From an uncultured Actinomycetes bacterium (GTDB lineage Bacteria; Actinomycetota; Acidimicrobiia; Spongiisociales; DATADW01): 64,000 bases of DNA. The translations under genes were made by a program, and so were the position numbers. The DNA lies in contig CAWGRK010000009.1 in assembly GCA_963824995.1 (NCBI GenBank), positions 1-64,000 of the forward strand. Reading direction: 5' to 3'. Each line of letters begins with the position of its first letter. The first letter of the stretch is position 1. The notes beneath the pieces are model-generated. The model did not search any database, was not told the origin of the DNA, and was given only the letters and a program-made list of their open reading frames with translations. Of this stretch, positions 9,943 to 20,533 are shown in pieces.

Positions 9943-12297
9943 ATGGTCGCCACGACGGACAGGGCACCGGGGAGACCCGTGCCCGAGCCGGGTTGGCCTG
10001 CCGAGGTGACAGACGCCACGGTATGCCTTGTCGATGCCTCCTCCGAGTTCGAGCACCGGCTGCTCGAGGCCTGGATCGATCGTCACCGACCAAGCAGGTC
10101 CCAGGTCGAGGTGATCGACCTGCCCTCCTCTCGCCGCCGCCGCTCTCTGCGGATTGACCCACGGCTCGAGGCGCGGCTGAACCGAGAGGACGATCCATGG
10201 CTGCTCCCGCTGCGGATCGCCTGGCTGCCCCCTCTCCGTCGAGGAAAGCGCACCGCCAGCATCATCGACGCCCTGAAGCTGGGTGATCCGAGGGACCCGG
10301 ACTTCCTCAGACAACGGGTCATCTATGCGCAGCACCCGGACAGGTGTGTGATCGTCGTTGCCGCGGCGGCGCGTGCCGCGAACATCCGCGCCGACCACTC
10401 CGAGGCTGTCGAACCCGAGCACCTCGACCGATACGTATCGAGACGCGCCCTGCTGGCACTGGAGCGGGCGGAGCGCCGGATCAGGGGCAACCGCTACAAG
10501 GTCCCCAAGTTCGTCATGGAGGACATCACGGGGCGTGGCTCGTTCCGGGACGAGTTGGTCCGGTTGGCCCCATCGGCGGGGATCGCTGCGGAGAGGGCGA
10601 TCGGACGCGGGGCGCGCTATTTGCGGGAGATCGCCGCCTCCCACAGCCCATTTCTGATCGACATCATCGCCAACGGCATCCACTGGCTCTACCGGCAGGG
10701 CTACGGGCGGATCGACTACGACACCGAGCAGTTCCGTCAGTTGTACCGGCTGAGCGAGGAGCAGCCGCTCGTCTTTCTCCCCTCCCACAAGTCCCAACTC
10801 GACCGGCTGTCACTCCAATACTCGCTGTGGGAGAACGACCTCCCGCCAAACCACACCGCCGGCGGGATCAACATGAACTTCTTCCCTGTGGGACCGCTGG
10901 TCCGAAGGACCGGCGTGTTCTTCATCAGGCGCAGCTTCAAGGACAACGCGATCTACAAGTGGGTTCTCCAGAGCTACCTCGACTACCTGGTCGAGAAGCG
11001 GTTCTCCATCGAGTTCTACATCGAAGGAGGGAGGTCGCGCTCGGGCAAACTGCTGCCCCCGCGTTTCGGTTTGCTCGCCTACCTCGTTGACTCTTGGCGG
11101 CGGGGCAAGAGCGAGGACATCTATCTCATCCCGACGTCGATCGCATACGACCAGATCCAGGATGTCGGCACTTACGCAGCCGAGCAGCGCGGTGCGGAGA
11201 AGAAGGCCGAGAGCCTCGGGTGGGCCCTGAGCGCCATGCGGCAGCTACGACGCCGCTACGGGGACATCTACATCAGGTTCGGTGAGCCGGTCTCGGTCGC
11301 CAAGGAGTTGTCCGGGGCGGAGCAGACCGCCGAAGGAGATATCGACCTGCGGAAGCTGGCCTTCGAAGTGATGGTGCGTATCAACCGGGTGACCCCGGTG
11401 ACCGCCGCCTCGCTGGTCACCACGACGTTGCTCTCGCTCCAGGACCGTGCCGCCACCTTGGACGAGATCACCACCGAGCTCGGCGAATTGGTCGCCGACG
11501 TGGAACAACGTGCCCTTCCCACCGCCGGGGTGCTCCGACTCGGAGAACCAGGTGAGGTTCGCAAGGTCCTCGAACTCCTTGCGGAGCACAACCTGGTCAC
11601 GAGCTTCACCGGAGCGACCGAGTCGCTGTACCTGATCACGCCCGACCAGCACATCGCTGCCGCCTTCTATCGCAACACGATCATCCACCACTTCGTCAAC
11701 GGGGCGATAGGCGAAGTCGCCCTCTTGGGTGCTGACGAAGCGGGACGCCCTGACGCAGTGTGGGAGGGCGCCCTCGAACTGCGCGACCTGCTCAAGTTCG
11801 AGTTCTTCTTCCCGCCCAAGGAGTCATTTCTCGAGGAGATCCGCCAGGACATCGAGCGTCAGGTGCCTGGATGGGAGAGCGCACTCGAGGACGATGTGTC
11901 GGTCGTCGGCACGGTAGATCGGATGGCACCGCTCCGGGCCCACTGGGTGCTTCGGCCATTCCTAGAGGCCTATCAGGTGGTCGCCGACGTGCTGGTTCGA
12001 CTCGGCGCCGGCGACGCCACCGAGGAGAAGCAGTTGCTCCAGGAGTGCCTGGCGCTGGGCAAGCAATACCGGATGCAGCGGCGCATCGCCGCCGAGGAGT
12101 CGGTGTCGCAACTGCTATTCGCCAACGGGCTCAAACTGGCGGCCAACCGGGGATTGACCGAGACCGGGCCCGGAGTTGCCGAGAGAAGGCTGGACTTCGC
12201 CCGTCAGCTCGCCGAGGCTCTCGACCGGGTGGACAGGATCGCGGCACTTGCGGCGGGAAGACGAACCCGAGCCTCCGGTTCCAGGTCGAGAACCTGA
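9943..12297 (+). CDS. plsB: Glycerol-3-phosphate 1-O-acyltransferase
   Basis: PSHKSQLD (HxxxxD), AGGINMNF, GVFFIRRSF, FYIEGGRSRSGKLLPP; TACACT -10 6 nt before ATG. Confidence 0.9.
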   Translation: MVATTDRAPGRPVPEPGWPAEVTDATVCLVDASSEFEHRLLEAWIDRHRPSRSQVEVIDLPSSRRRRSLRIDPRLEARLNREDDPWLLPLRIAWLPPLRRGKRTASIIDALKLGDPRDPDFLRQRVIYAQHPDRCVIVVAAAARAANIRADHSEAVEPEHLDRYVSRRALLALERAERRIRGNRYKVPKFVMEDITGRGSFRDELVRLAPSAGIAAERAIGRGARYLREIAASHSPFLIDIIANGIHWLYRQGYGRIDYDTEQFRQLYRLSEEQPLVFLPSHKSQLDRLSLQYSLWENDLPPNHTAGGINMNFFPVGPLVRRTGVFFIRRSFKDNAIYKWVLQSYLDYLVEKRFSIEFYIEGGRSRSGKLLPPRFGLLAYLVDSWRRGKSEDIYLIPTSIAYDQIQDVGTYAAEQRGAEKKAESLGWALSAMRQLRRRYGDIYIRFGEPVSVAKELSGAEQTAEGDIDLRKLAFEVMVRINRVTPVTAASLVTTTLLSLQDRAATLDEITTELGELVADVEQRALPTAGVLRLGEPGEVRKVLELLAEHNLVTSFTGATESLYLITPDQHIAAAFYRNTIIHHFVNGAIGEVALLGADEAGRPDAVWEGALELRDLLKFEFFFPPKESFLEEIRQDIERQVPGWESALEDDVSVVGTVDRMAPLRAHWVLRPFLEAYQVVADVLVRLGAGDATEEKQLLQECLALGKQYRMQRRIAAEESVSQLLFANGLKLAANRGLTETGPGVAERRLDFARQLAEALDRVDRIAALAAGRRTRASGSRSRT

Positions 12298-12349
12298 CTT
12301 CGGCAACCTGTGATCGAGCGCATCCGGTCTGGCTGATAGGGTCAGTCAC

Positions 12350-12733
12350 ATGCTCGACCAGGAACTAATGGAGCTTGCCCAAGACAAGAACTTCGCCGTT
12401 CTGAGCACTCTGATGTCGGACGGTCACCCCGCCACCCAGGTGATGTGGGTGGACGCCGACGAGGAGTCCATCCTGATCAACACCCAGGTGGACAGGCAGA
12501 AGTGGCGGAACGTCGAGAAGGATCCCAGGGTCACGGTGACGATCTGGGACCGCGACGACCCCTATCACTTCGCCGAGGTGCGCGGCCGCGTCACAGCCAC
12601 CATCGACGGGCAGGAGGCGCGGGACCACATCGATCACCTCTCGATGAAATACCACGGTCACGATTACACCAACCCGGTCACCGCTCCCCGGGTGGTGCTC
12701 CGCGTCACCCCGGAAAAGGTGATCTGGCACTGA
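12350..12733 (+). CDS. PPOX-class (probably F420-dependent) oxidoreductase
   Basis: FAVLSTLMSDGHPAT.VMWVD, KWRNVEKDPRVTV, EVRG. Confidence 0.9.
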   Translation: MLDQELMELAQDKNFAVLSTLMSDGHPATQVMWVDADEESILINTQVDRQKWRNVEKDPRVTVTIWDRDDPYHFAEVRGRVTATIDGQEARDHIDHLSMKYHGHDYTNPVTAPRVVLRVTPEKVIWH

Positions 12734-12744
12734 GAGAGCCTCAT

Positions 12745-13264
12745 GCCCAGTCGAACCATTGAGGATCTACTCGGCCACCTGTCGGATGGGCCGTTGTTGG
12801 CAACGGTGAGATCCTCGATCCCCTCCCCGGTCGAAGCCGCAGCCACGTTGCCGCCGACCCCAAGGTCGTCGGCACGAACCACGGTCACCGCAGCGCCAAG
12901 ACGGCGCTCGATCTCCTCTAGCGGCACGGTCAGCCTCACCACCTCGACCGAGATGGGAACAGAATTCGGACGGCTCGTCGAGGTCGGCTTGACCTTCGAT
13001 CGCCCCGGCGAACAGGAAGTCGTTCCACACCGACCGACAGGTAGTTGGAGACGACACCACCGAGGTTGGCGGCGAACACGCGGTCGCTGAGCGCTTGATA
13101 CGATTTCCGGGCCTCGAACCAGACCAGCCAATCGAGATCGATGGCTGCATACGACAGGCCGGCCTTCTCGAGATGTCCGCCATCTCCTCGACGACTGAGG
13201 TCTTCCCGGTGCCATAGGCGCCAGTGACGACCACTGCGGCGGGCAGCTGCGCTTCGATCCCCAT
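12745..13264 (-). pseudogene. Frameshifted small P-loop NTPase (kinase-like)
   Basis: VVVTGAYGTGKTS Walker A in ORF 12767..13264; VVRLTVPLEEIERRL continues in another frame. Confidence 0.5.
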
Positions 13265-13347
13265 CTAGGAGCCCACATACTGCCCGGGCAGTGTCGCTAG
13301 CTTCGCGCTGGGGAGCGCCCCATCAGGGGGCGCCGCTACGGAGGGAG

Positions 13348-14030
13348 ATGCCATGGCTTCGCGTGATGAAGTCGTCGCGCCGCATTTCGCTGCGCACGGC
13401 GATGCTGCTCGTCGCGGTGAGCGTGTTGGTTGCGGTGCCAACCGCGGTGCTCGCGGCACATGTTTTCGCAGACGTGCCTGACAGCAACACCTTCCACGAC
13501 GACATCGCCTGGCTCGCTGACAACGATGTCACACTGGGTTGTGTCCCGGACGGGAGTCTCTACTGCCCGAGCGAGTCGGTCACCCGGCAGCAGATGGCAG
13601 GTTTCATGCGCCGACTCGCGGCGACGTCCGGAGTCGCCGCGGTTCCAGGTGGAGGACTTCAGCGACAGTGTCGACATCACCTCGGACACGTTCGTCGAGC
13701 TGGGGAGGGTCACGGTCGATGCAAAGGGTGCTTCAGACGTAGCGCTCACCGCCCACGGATACCTGGAGAAGCCCGCCAGTGAGACTCTCCGCTACGAGAT
13801 GATCATTGCCCGCGATGGGTGCGACGGCGAGGTGGTGGGCGCCACCTTCCACCGCCCGCCAGATACGACGGGGATGGGCTTCTCCGCCTTCACCGTGTCG
13901 CTCACCGGATTCGATACCGGAATCTCGGGGAGTGTTCGACTACGTCTTCTGCGCCGCACAATTCGAGGATGGACCGGACGTCAGCATCGGCCAAAGGGGG
14001 CTGATCGCCACCTGGTCGCCGCAGCCCTGA
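13348..14030 (+). CDS. Secreted SLH-like domain protein, frameshifted
   Basis: Signal peptide then FADVPDSNTFHDDIAWLA..VTLGC..YCPSESVTRQQMAGFM; C-terminal beta-rich part spread over ORFs 13430..14038 and 13806..14030. Confidence 0.7.
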
Positions 14031-14035
14031 TCACC

Positions 14036-14130
14036 TAGCGGGCTGAACCCCCTTGGGCCGCCCGGCCGGGCCGGCGGGTGGGACCGGGTCCGGACGGGCG
14101 GCCGATCAGGGGGCCTTGTCAGCCGCGGGA
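14036..14130. terminator. Long GC-rich nested hairpin between convergent genes
   Basis: Arms ggctga/tcagcc, ccccct/aggggg and ggccgccc/gggcggcc. Confidence 0.4.
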
Positions 14131-14141
14131 GGCGACCGAGT

Positions 14142-14573
14142 TCAGCCGAGTTGGCCGCGCACCGCCCCACCGGGGAACTCAGCGGTGTGGACGTTGAAGT
14201 AATAGGCGGATGGGTTGGCGATGATGTCACCGATCAGAGCAGGGTCGACCCCGCTCACACATCCCGACAGGCTCCCACCGAAATCGACCACAGGTGGGCC
14301 ATTCACCCCTGCAACACCGGGATGGATGTGGTCGGCGACCACTGGTCCGATGTTGGATACCAGGACGATGAAGCACACCTGGCCCCTACCCTGGTGGAGG
14401 AAGATCCTGGCAGTCCCCGTTCCATCTGGGTCACCGGCCGGGACCTCGTTGGCTCCGCTGAGCGCAACGGTGAAGCTGCGCTCCCCGATGGTTGGTGGGG
14501 TGGCAGTCGCGGGAGCGGCGAGCACTCCCACCAGCAACAGGGCGGCGAGCCCGCCTCGGACAACACGGCGCAT
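14142..14573 (-). CDS. Secreted CHRD-domain protein
   Basis: LSGANEVPAGDPDGTG, HIH.GVAGVNGPPVV, YYFNVHTAEFPGGAVRGQL. Confidence 0.9.
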   Translation of the reverse strand: MRRVVRGGLAALLLVGVLAAPATATPPTIGERSFTVALSGANEVPAGDPDGTGTARIFLHQGRGQVCFIVLVSNIGPVVADHIHPGVAGVNGPPVVDFGGSLSGCVSGVDPALIGDIIANPSAYYFNVHTAEFPGGAVRGQLG

Positions 14574-14633
14574 GGAGGCCTCCTTCCCTCCCCCGATCAT
14601 CCAATACGCAGATCGGGTTGCTGCGGTTCTCGC

Positions 14634-15791
14634 TCAGTGCGTCAGCGTTACTCGCAACCGCCAGGTGGCGAGCGCCAGCAGCACGATGGCGAAGGCGAGG
14701 AGGACACCGAGTTGGGGCAGGATGTCCACGATGTTGCCATCGTTGCGAACCAGTTCGGCGAAGGCGTCCATCCCCCATGCGTGAGGCGTGAAGAGGGCCA
14801 CCGTCTGCAGCGTCGGTGAGAAGAGCTCGATGGGGAGCATGCAGCCCCCGAGCGCTGCGAGGCCGAGCCCGAGCATCACGCCGACTCCACCTGCCTGCTG
14901 GTCGTTCTGCAGCACGGCCCCCATCAGCAACCCGGCGCCCGCGCCGACGAGGGCGAAAGCGACGACGACGGCGAGCGCCCCGACGGGGTCACCCCAGTTC
15001 ACCTGGAAGAGCAGCAGGGTCGCCAACATGATGTAGGCGCCCTGGACGAACACGACGGCGAACCTCCCCATCGCCTCCCCGGCGACCACCTGGCTCATCG
15101 GGGTCGGCGTGGACAGCATCCGGGTGGCTACGCCGAATCTGCGGGTCTGGATGATCGCTGCCGAGCCGGTCAGTCCGGTGAGGAACATGAACAACAGGAG
15201 TTGGGACGAGGCGCCGAGGTCGAACTGGCCGAGGGTTGCGGGGAAGAGGGCGTCTCCCGTGGTGGTGGTCGTCACCTCGACGCCGGAGAACGACGCCGCC
15301 ATCGACTCTGCCTGCACGACCACCTGGTCGAAGCCGGTGCCGGTCTGCTCGGCGGCAAATGCCGCCGCCGTCACCACCGTGTTCTGATCGGACGCCGCGG
15401 CTGCCACCAGCGCCTGGAGTTGCGGCTGACCACCATCGGGGCGGCTGGTGAATAGGAGTTCCACCGGCTGTCCGTTCCTCAGGTCGGCGTCGTACCCGGC
15501 GGGGACGACCAGCCCGGCATCGACCTGACCCCGCTCGACTGCGTCGACCATGGCCTCATCGGAGTCGTAGCGGACCACCTCGACCTCCTCGGCGAGAGAG
15601 GTCACCAACTGCTCACCCAAGTCCCCGGCATCCTCCGCATACACGCCGAGGGCGGGGGCGAACCCTCCCCCGCCAAAGGCCAGCCCGATGACGAGGACGA
15701 TGGCCAGGGGAAAGATGAAGACGAAGAACAGGTTCCCCCGCTCCCTGATGAACCGGCGCAGGTTGACTCCGGCCAGCGCCAGTGCCTTCAC
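14634..15791 (-). CDS. ABC-2 type transporter permease
   Basis: N-terminal TM, extracellular domain, five C-terminal TMs, RMLSTP, LGGCMLP, TPHAW. Confidence 0.9.
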   Translation of the reverse strand: MKALALAGVNLRRFIRERGNLFFVFIFPLAIVLVIGLAFGGGGFAPALGVYAEDAGDLGEQLVTSLAEEVEVVRYDSDEAMVDAVERGQVDAGLVVPAGYDADLRNGQPVELLFTSRPDGGQPQLQALVAAAASDQNTVVTAAAFAAEQTGTGFDQVVVQAESMAASFSGVEVTTTTTGDALFPATLGQFDLGASSQLLLFMFLTGLTGSAAIIQTRRFGVATRMLSTPTPMSQVVAGEAMGRFAVVFVQGAYIMLATLLLFQVNWGDPVGALAVVVAFALVGAGAGLLMGAVLQNDQQAGGVGVMLGLGLAALGGCMLPIELFSPTLQTVALFTPHAWGMDAFAELVRNDGNIVDILPQLGVLLAFAIVLLALATWRLRVTLTH

Positions 15792-16957
15792 AGCGCCACC
15801 TTCCGGTAGAGCGTCACCGCGCCGATAGACCCGGTGACCAGGGCGAAGAGGAGGATCGCCCCGACGGCGGGGAGCACGGCGGCGGCACCCTCCGCCACGT
15901 TGTCGCCCAAACCCCGGATGAACCAGGCATTCGGGGTGAGCAGCGACAGATCGGCTAGGACTCCGCGCCTGGCGAACTGGAAGAACGACCCACCGAGCAG
16001 TCCGAGGGCCACCGCGACGATCCCCTGGAGGGCGCCCGCCTGCTCGACGGTCTTGGCGAACCCGGCAACCATCGACATGATCCCCACCGCCGCCAGCGAC
16101 AACGCCACCATCAGCAGGAAGGCGCCGAGGGGGTCACCCCAGTTGGCGCCGAGCAGCAGGGTCGTGGCTATTGCGAGCACGACAAGGCTGCTCAGACCGA
16201 AGATGAAACTGGTGAGCGCCTTTCCACCGACGATGGAGAAGCGGGAGATGGGTGCGGCGAGCAACCGGGCCATCGTTCCCTCCTCCTTCTCCTGGAGAAG
16301 CCCGGTGACACCGAACGAGACGGTGAAGAAGAGGAAGAACGTAGCCATCCCCGCGGCCAGATAAGTTGCCTGGTCGAGTTGACGCGTCTCGGCTTCCGAC
16401 TGCCCGATCGTTATCGACGGGGGCTGTTGCGCCGCCTCGGAAGCGAGACCGGCCAACTGGTCGGCGGCGACGCCACCCCCGCTCGCCACCAGCGCCACCG
16501 ACAGCTGGGTCGTTTCGATCCGTGCGGCCAGCGCATCGCCGATGGCTGCGGCGATGGCGGTGTTGGTGGGGGCGTCAACGTTGCCCACCACCGCGATCTC
16601 CGCCGACGTGCCCTCCTGGACCGCCGCAGTGAGGCCCTCAGGGAGCAGATAGAACGCATCCAGATCCCCATCATCCACGCTCTGCCGGGCCGCCGACTCC
16701 TCGAGGCCGGTGGTGATCTCCATGCCCAGTTCCTCGCCTGCCGCCTCGATCCCAGTGACCATCTGCTCCGCCACGACGCCGCCGTCGAGATCGACCACCC
16801 CGAGCGACGCCGAGAATTCACCTGCGACGGTGTTGCCGAAGATGAGATCGAAGACGAAGGCGAGCACCAGCGGGGCGACGAGGCCGAGGATGATGGCCGA
16901 GCGGTCCCTGATGCGCTGCCGCAGGTCCTTCCATGCGATGTCGAAGGTCGCCCGCAT
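15788..16957 (-). CDS. ABC-2 type transporter permease
   Basis: IAWKDLRQRIRD, EKEEGTMARLLAAP, GKAL, LGGSFF, TPNAW. Confidence 0.9.
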   Translation of the reverse strand: MRATFDIAWKDLRQRIRDRSAIILGLVAPLVLAFVFDLIFGNTVAGEFSASLGVVDLDGGVVAEQMVTGIEAAGEELGMEITTGLEESAARQSVDDGDLDAFYLLPEGLTAAVQEGTSAEIAVVGNVDAPTNTAIAAAIGDALAARIETTQLSVALVASGGGVAADQLAGLASEAAQQPPSITIGQSEAETRQLDQATYLAAGMATFFLFFTVSFGVTGLLQEKEEGTMARLLAAPISRFSIVGGKALTSFIFGLSSLVVLAIATTLLLGANWGDPLGAFLLMVALSLAAVGIMSMVAGFAKTVEQAGALQGIVAVALGLLGGSFFQFARRGVLADLSLLTPNAWFIRGLGDNVAEGAAAVLPAVGAILLFALVTGSIGAVTLYRKVAL

Positions 16958-16961
16958 TACA

Positions 16962-17903
16962 TCAGTCCCGGAGAGCCTTCCCGGTGAGGTGGAGGAAGAC
17001 CGCCTCGAGGTCGGGCTCTTCGATCTCGACACCACGCACGGTCACACCGGCCGCGGTGACCGTCGCCAACAGGGAGGGAAGGAGGCTGGTGGCCTCGACC
17101 GCCACCACCTGGATGTCGCCGTCACCGGCCGACACCCGGTCCACGCCGTCGAGAGCGCCGACGGCCTCGACCGCATCGTCGAGCCGGCCATCGGCGACCA
17201 GCCGGACTCGGTCTCTCTCGCCGACCATCGACACCAGTTCGCGCCGGGTTCCCTCCGCCTTTACCTGGCCCTGGTCGATTATCGCCACCCGGTCGCAGAG
17301 ACGCTCCGCCTCTTCCATGTAGTGCGTCGTGTAGAGCACGGCCATGCCTTCCCTGCTGAGGTGCTCGACGCTCTCGAGGATTGCGTTGCGCGATTGCGGA
17401 TCGACGCCGACCGTCGGCTCGTCGAGGATGAGGAGTTGTGGCTGGTGGAGCAGCCCGATCCCGATGTTGAGCCGGCGCTTCATCCCACCGCTGTACTCAT
17501 CGGTCTTGTCGCCCCTCCGATCGGTCAGGCCGATGACCTCGAGCACCTCTGCGACACGCCGCTCCAACTCGGGACCACGCATGCCGTAGAGGCGTCCGAA
17601 GAACACCAGGTTCTCCGCACCGGTCAGATCGGGGTAGACGGCCACCTCCTGGGGGACCAGGCCGATCGCCCCCTTGGCGCGCACGCTCCGGGTGGTCATG
17701 GGCTCGCCGGCCACGAACACTTCGCCGTCATCCCGCTCGAGCAGTCCGGCGATCATCGAGATCGTGGTGGTCTTGCCGGCTCCGTTCGGCCCGAGGAGCC
17801 CATACGTCTCACCGGAGTGGATCGTGAGGTCCACCCCGTCCACGGCCACGAGCTCGTCGAACCGTTTGCGCAGTCCGCGCGCCTCCAGCACCACTCCGGG
17901 CAT
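16962..17903 (-). CDS. ABC transporter ATP-binding protein
   Basis: GPNGAGKTT, YSGGMKRR, LILDEPT, TTHYMEEAE; AAGGAG RBS before ATG 17903. Confidence 0.95.
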   Translation of the reverse strand: MPGVVLEARGLRKRFDELVAVDGVDLTIHSGETYGLLGPNGAGKTTTISMIAGLLERDDGEVFVAGEPMTTRSVRAKGAIGLVPQEVAVYPDLTGAENLVFFGRLYGMRGPELERRVAEVLEVIGLTDRRGDKTDEYSGGMKRRLNIGIGLLHQPQLLILDEPTVGVDPQSRNAILESVEHLSREGMAVLYTTHYMEEAERLCDRVAIIDQGQVKAEGTRRELVSMVGERDRVRLVADGRLDDAVEAVGALDGVDRVSAGDGDIQVVAVEATSLLPSLLATVTAAGVTVRGVEIEEPDLEAVFLHLTGKALRD

Positions 17904-17983
17904 CGGCGACACTCCTTGAACCATCTCGGTCATGACTCTTGCACATCCCACCGCTGCCTAGAAAGCTTGAACCGGAGGCACTC

Positions 17984-18625
17984 CTGCGATTCATCGACCG
18001 TGTAGACGCGGGCAGGCGGCTCGGTGCCGCCCTCTCCCATATCGCCGCCGAACACCCCGTTGTGCTCGGCCTTCCCAGAGGTGGCGTGGTCGTCGCCGCT
18101 GAGGTGGCCGAGGCGCTCGACGCACCTCTCGATGTGATCGTGGTGCGGAAACTCGGAGTTCCGGGTCATGAGGAACTGGCCATGGGGGCTATGGCCGAGG
18201 GTGGGGCCATGGTGGTCAGCGATGATCTCGTGCGGCGTCTCGGCATCTCCAGGTCAGACCTCGATGCGGTCCGCAGGCGCGAGGAAACCGAGATGGCCAG
18301 GCGGCTCCGCGCCTTTCGCGGAGACCGTTCCGCTCTCGACGTGACAGGTCGGACGGTGATCGTGGTCGATGACGGCATCGCCACCGGATCGACGGCACGT
18401 GCTGCCCTCGAGGACGTTCGCCGGCGCCGCGCCTCCCGGGTCGTCCTCGCCGTCCCCGTGGGAGCCGACGAGTCGCTCACCACGATGCGGACGGCTGCCG
18501 ACGAGGTCGTCTCGCTGCTCCGCCCGAGGGAACTGTGGGCGGTTGGCCAGTGGTACCACGACTTTTCGCAGACCAGCGACGACGAGGTCGTCACCATCCT
18601 CGAACGGTTTGCGACCGCCGGCTAG
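17984..18625 (+). CDS. Phosphoribosyltransferase family protein (probable CTG start)
   Basis: RFIDRVDAGRRL, GLPRGG, VRKLGVPGHEELAMGA, VVDDGIATG, AVGQWY.DFSQTSD. Confidence 0.9.
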   Translation: MRFIDRVDAGRRLGAALSHIAAEHPVVLGLPRGGVVVAAEVAEALDAPLDVIVVRKLGVPGHEELAMGAMAEGGAMVVSDDLVRRLGISRSDLDAVRRREETEMARRLRAFRGDRSALDVTGRTVIVVDDGIATGSTARAALEDVRRRRASRVVLAVPVGADESLTTMRTAADEVVSLLRPRELWAVGQWYHDFSQTSDDEVVTILERFATAG

Positions 18626-20439
18626 GGGGTTGTTATCCGACCCTCCCCGCCTTCCGGGTATTCGGCTTCGGTGATCTGTCCGCCGAGGCCATCCTGGATG
18701 AAGTTGGAGAGCGCCTGCTGATAGCTGGCGCCAAGGATGACGAACTCCTCACCGGCCAGCGGATAGAAGTCGCCGCCCCTCGCCAGGAAGTCGATGGTTG
18801 AGACCACGAGCGGGTCACCGACCACCACCTCTCCTCCCTCGACGATGGGTGTTCCGTCGTCGAGCGTGGCGCTCACCACCCGAGATCCCGGGTCGACGAT
18901 GTTCCCCTCGTCGTCGAAGGTCATCGGAGGAAGCGCTGGGTCGTAGACGAAGCTGAAGCCCGATATCTGGGCAAAGCGACCGTCAGCGCCGGGGCTTCCA
19001 TCGGCGGGAACCTGGGACACCGCGTTCTCCAGGACCAGCTTGAACTGCTCGCGCTCCACCGAAGGCAGCACCGCCACGAAGTTGGGGAACGGGAGAATGC
19101 TGAAGGTGTCGAACTCGGTGATCGGGCCGGCCGGAATGATGCTGTTGTTGCGAATCCCCCCGCCGTTCTGCAGGGCGACATCGGGAAGCGGCGCTCCGAA
19201 CTCTTCGGCAAGCTGTTCGGCCTGCCACTTGAGCGAGTCGGCGACGAGGTTGCCCAGATTGGTCTCCTGGCTGCGCACGCCCGGGCTGCGTTGCCCGTCG
19301 AGATCCACCTCGGAGGTTCCTATCACCGTCTCCGCAAGTCCGGCAACGAACGCCGCCACCGGGTCGACGACCGCCGCCTGGACCTCGGGATCGGGAGCGA
19401 CCGCATCAGGGTTGCTGCCGCCAGCTACCCGGACCGGGCCGCTCACCCCCTCGTTCACCGACACCAACTTCCCCCCGCGGTCGAAGGTGGCCACCAGCCG
19501 TCCGACATATCGGTAGTCGCCTTGTCCGGTCACCAGCGGGATCGATCTGCCCAGGGCATCCTCGACGTACAAGGGATACGGCCCGAAGGGAACGTCACCT
19601 GGCACCAGGAGGTCGTCGTCGTTGGCGAGCACCTCGCTGCCGCCACCGGCAACCCAGAGGTCGACACCACGCAGCAGCGGAGCGAGCGCGAAGTCGTTAC
19701 TCAGGCCCTGGAGGTGGGGGGCGAAGATGATGATCTTGGCGCCTCGGTTCATCACCCTGTCGATCTCGGCTTGCACGGTGGTGACGAGGTCGGGATCTAC
19801 CACGACATCACGCGGGCTGGAGATGAAGGGGAGGTCAGGTGTGGTGGCGGCGACGATGCCGATCCTCCGGCCACGTTCCTCCACGACTGTGCTGCGGACG
19901 ATCGTGCCCTGGTCAGCGAGAGCATCGAGGCGGGGCTCGGCGCTGACATCGAGGTTGGCGCTGATGAACGGCGGTGAGTCGGCACCAAAGCTCTCGATGA
20001 AGTTGGCGAGCACGTCCGGCCCGAAGTCGAACTCGTGGTTTCCGATGGTGATGGCGTCGAGCCCGATGAGGTCGAGCGCAAGGGCGTCGTAATAGGGGAC
20101 ACCCTTCTCGAGGCTGGCCTGGAACTCGGGCCCGGCCAGGAAGTTGTCACCGGCGCTGAGCATCACCATGCCGCGGTTGGGCCGCCCGGAGAGCGCCTCT
20201 TGCTTGAGGTGGTCGGCAACGGTGGCGAACCTTGCCACGCCACCGAAGTCCTCGAGTCCGGTGCCGGCGTTGATGAGCTGGGACTCCGCGTCGTTGAAGT
20301 GGAGCAACGTGAGGGTGAAGTTCTTTTGTTGGGGCGGTGGCTGCTCCTCGGCGCCGACGGGTACTGCAGATGCCGCAAGGGCGGCCATTGCCGTCAACAA
20401 GATCGTCAGTCGCCAGCCGGCGAGGGATCGTCTCAGCAT
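18622..20439 (-). CDS. Secreted 5'-nucleotidase / metallophosphoesterase
   Basis: Signal peptide, LLHFND, AGDNF, GNHEFD, ETNLGNLVAD, NGGGIR, FLARGGD. Confidence 0.92.
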   Translation of the reverse strand: MLRRSLAGWRLTILLTAMAALAASAVPVGAEEQPPPQQKNFTLTLLHFNDAESQLINAGTGLEDFGGVARFATVADHLKQEALSGRPNRGMVMLSAGDNFLAGPEFQASLEKGVPYYDALALDLIGLDAITIGNHEFDFGPDVLANFIESFGADSPPFISANLDVSAEPRLDALADQGTIVRSTVVEERGRRIGIVAATTPDLPFISSPRDVVVDPDLVTTVQAEIDRVMNRGAKIIIFAPHLQGLSNDFALAPLLRGVDLWVAGGGSEVLANDDDLLVPGDVPFGPYPLYVEDALGRSIPLVTGQGDYRYVGRLVATFDRGGKLVSVNEGVSGPVRVAGGSNPDAVAPDPEVQAAVVDPVAAFVAGLAETVIGTSEVDLDGQRSPGVRSQETNLGNLVADSLKWQAEQLAEEFGAPLPDVALQNGGGIRNNSIIPAGPITEFDTFSILPFPNFVAVLPSVEREQFKLVLENAVSQVPADGSPGADGRFAQISGFSFVYDPALPPMTFDDEGNIVDPGSRVVSATLDDGTPIVEGGEVVVGDPLVVSTIDFLARGGDFYPLAGEEFVILGASYQQALSNFIQDGLGGQITEAEYPEGGEGRITTP

Positions 20440-20533
20440 GGGTGACTCCTCCATGACACGGGTCTGCCGAGGGTACCGCGCTCACAGAGAACTGGACCGT
20501 GAGGGCGGGTGCTTCCGCTGAATGAGTCGGAGC

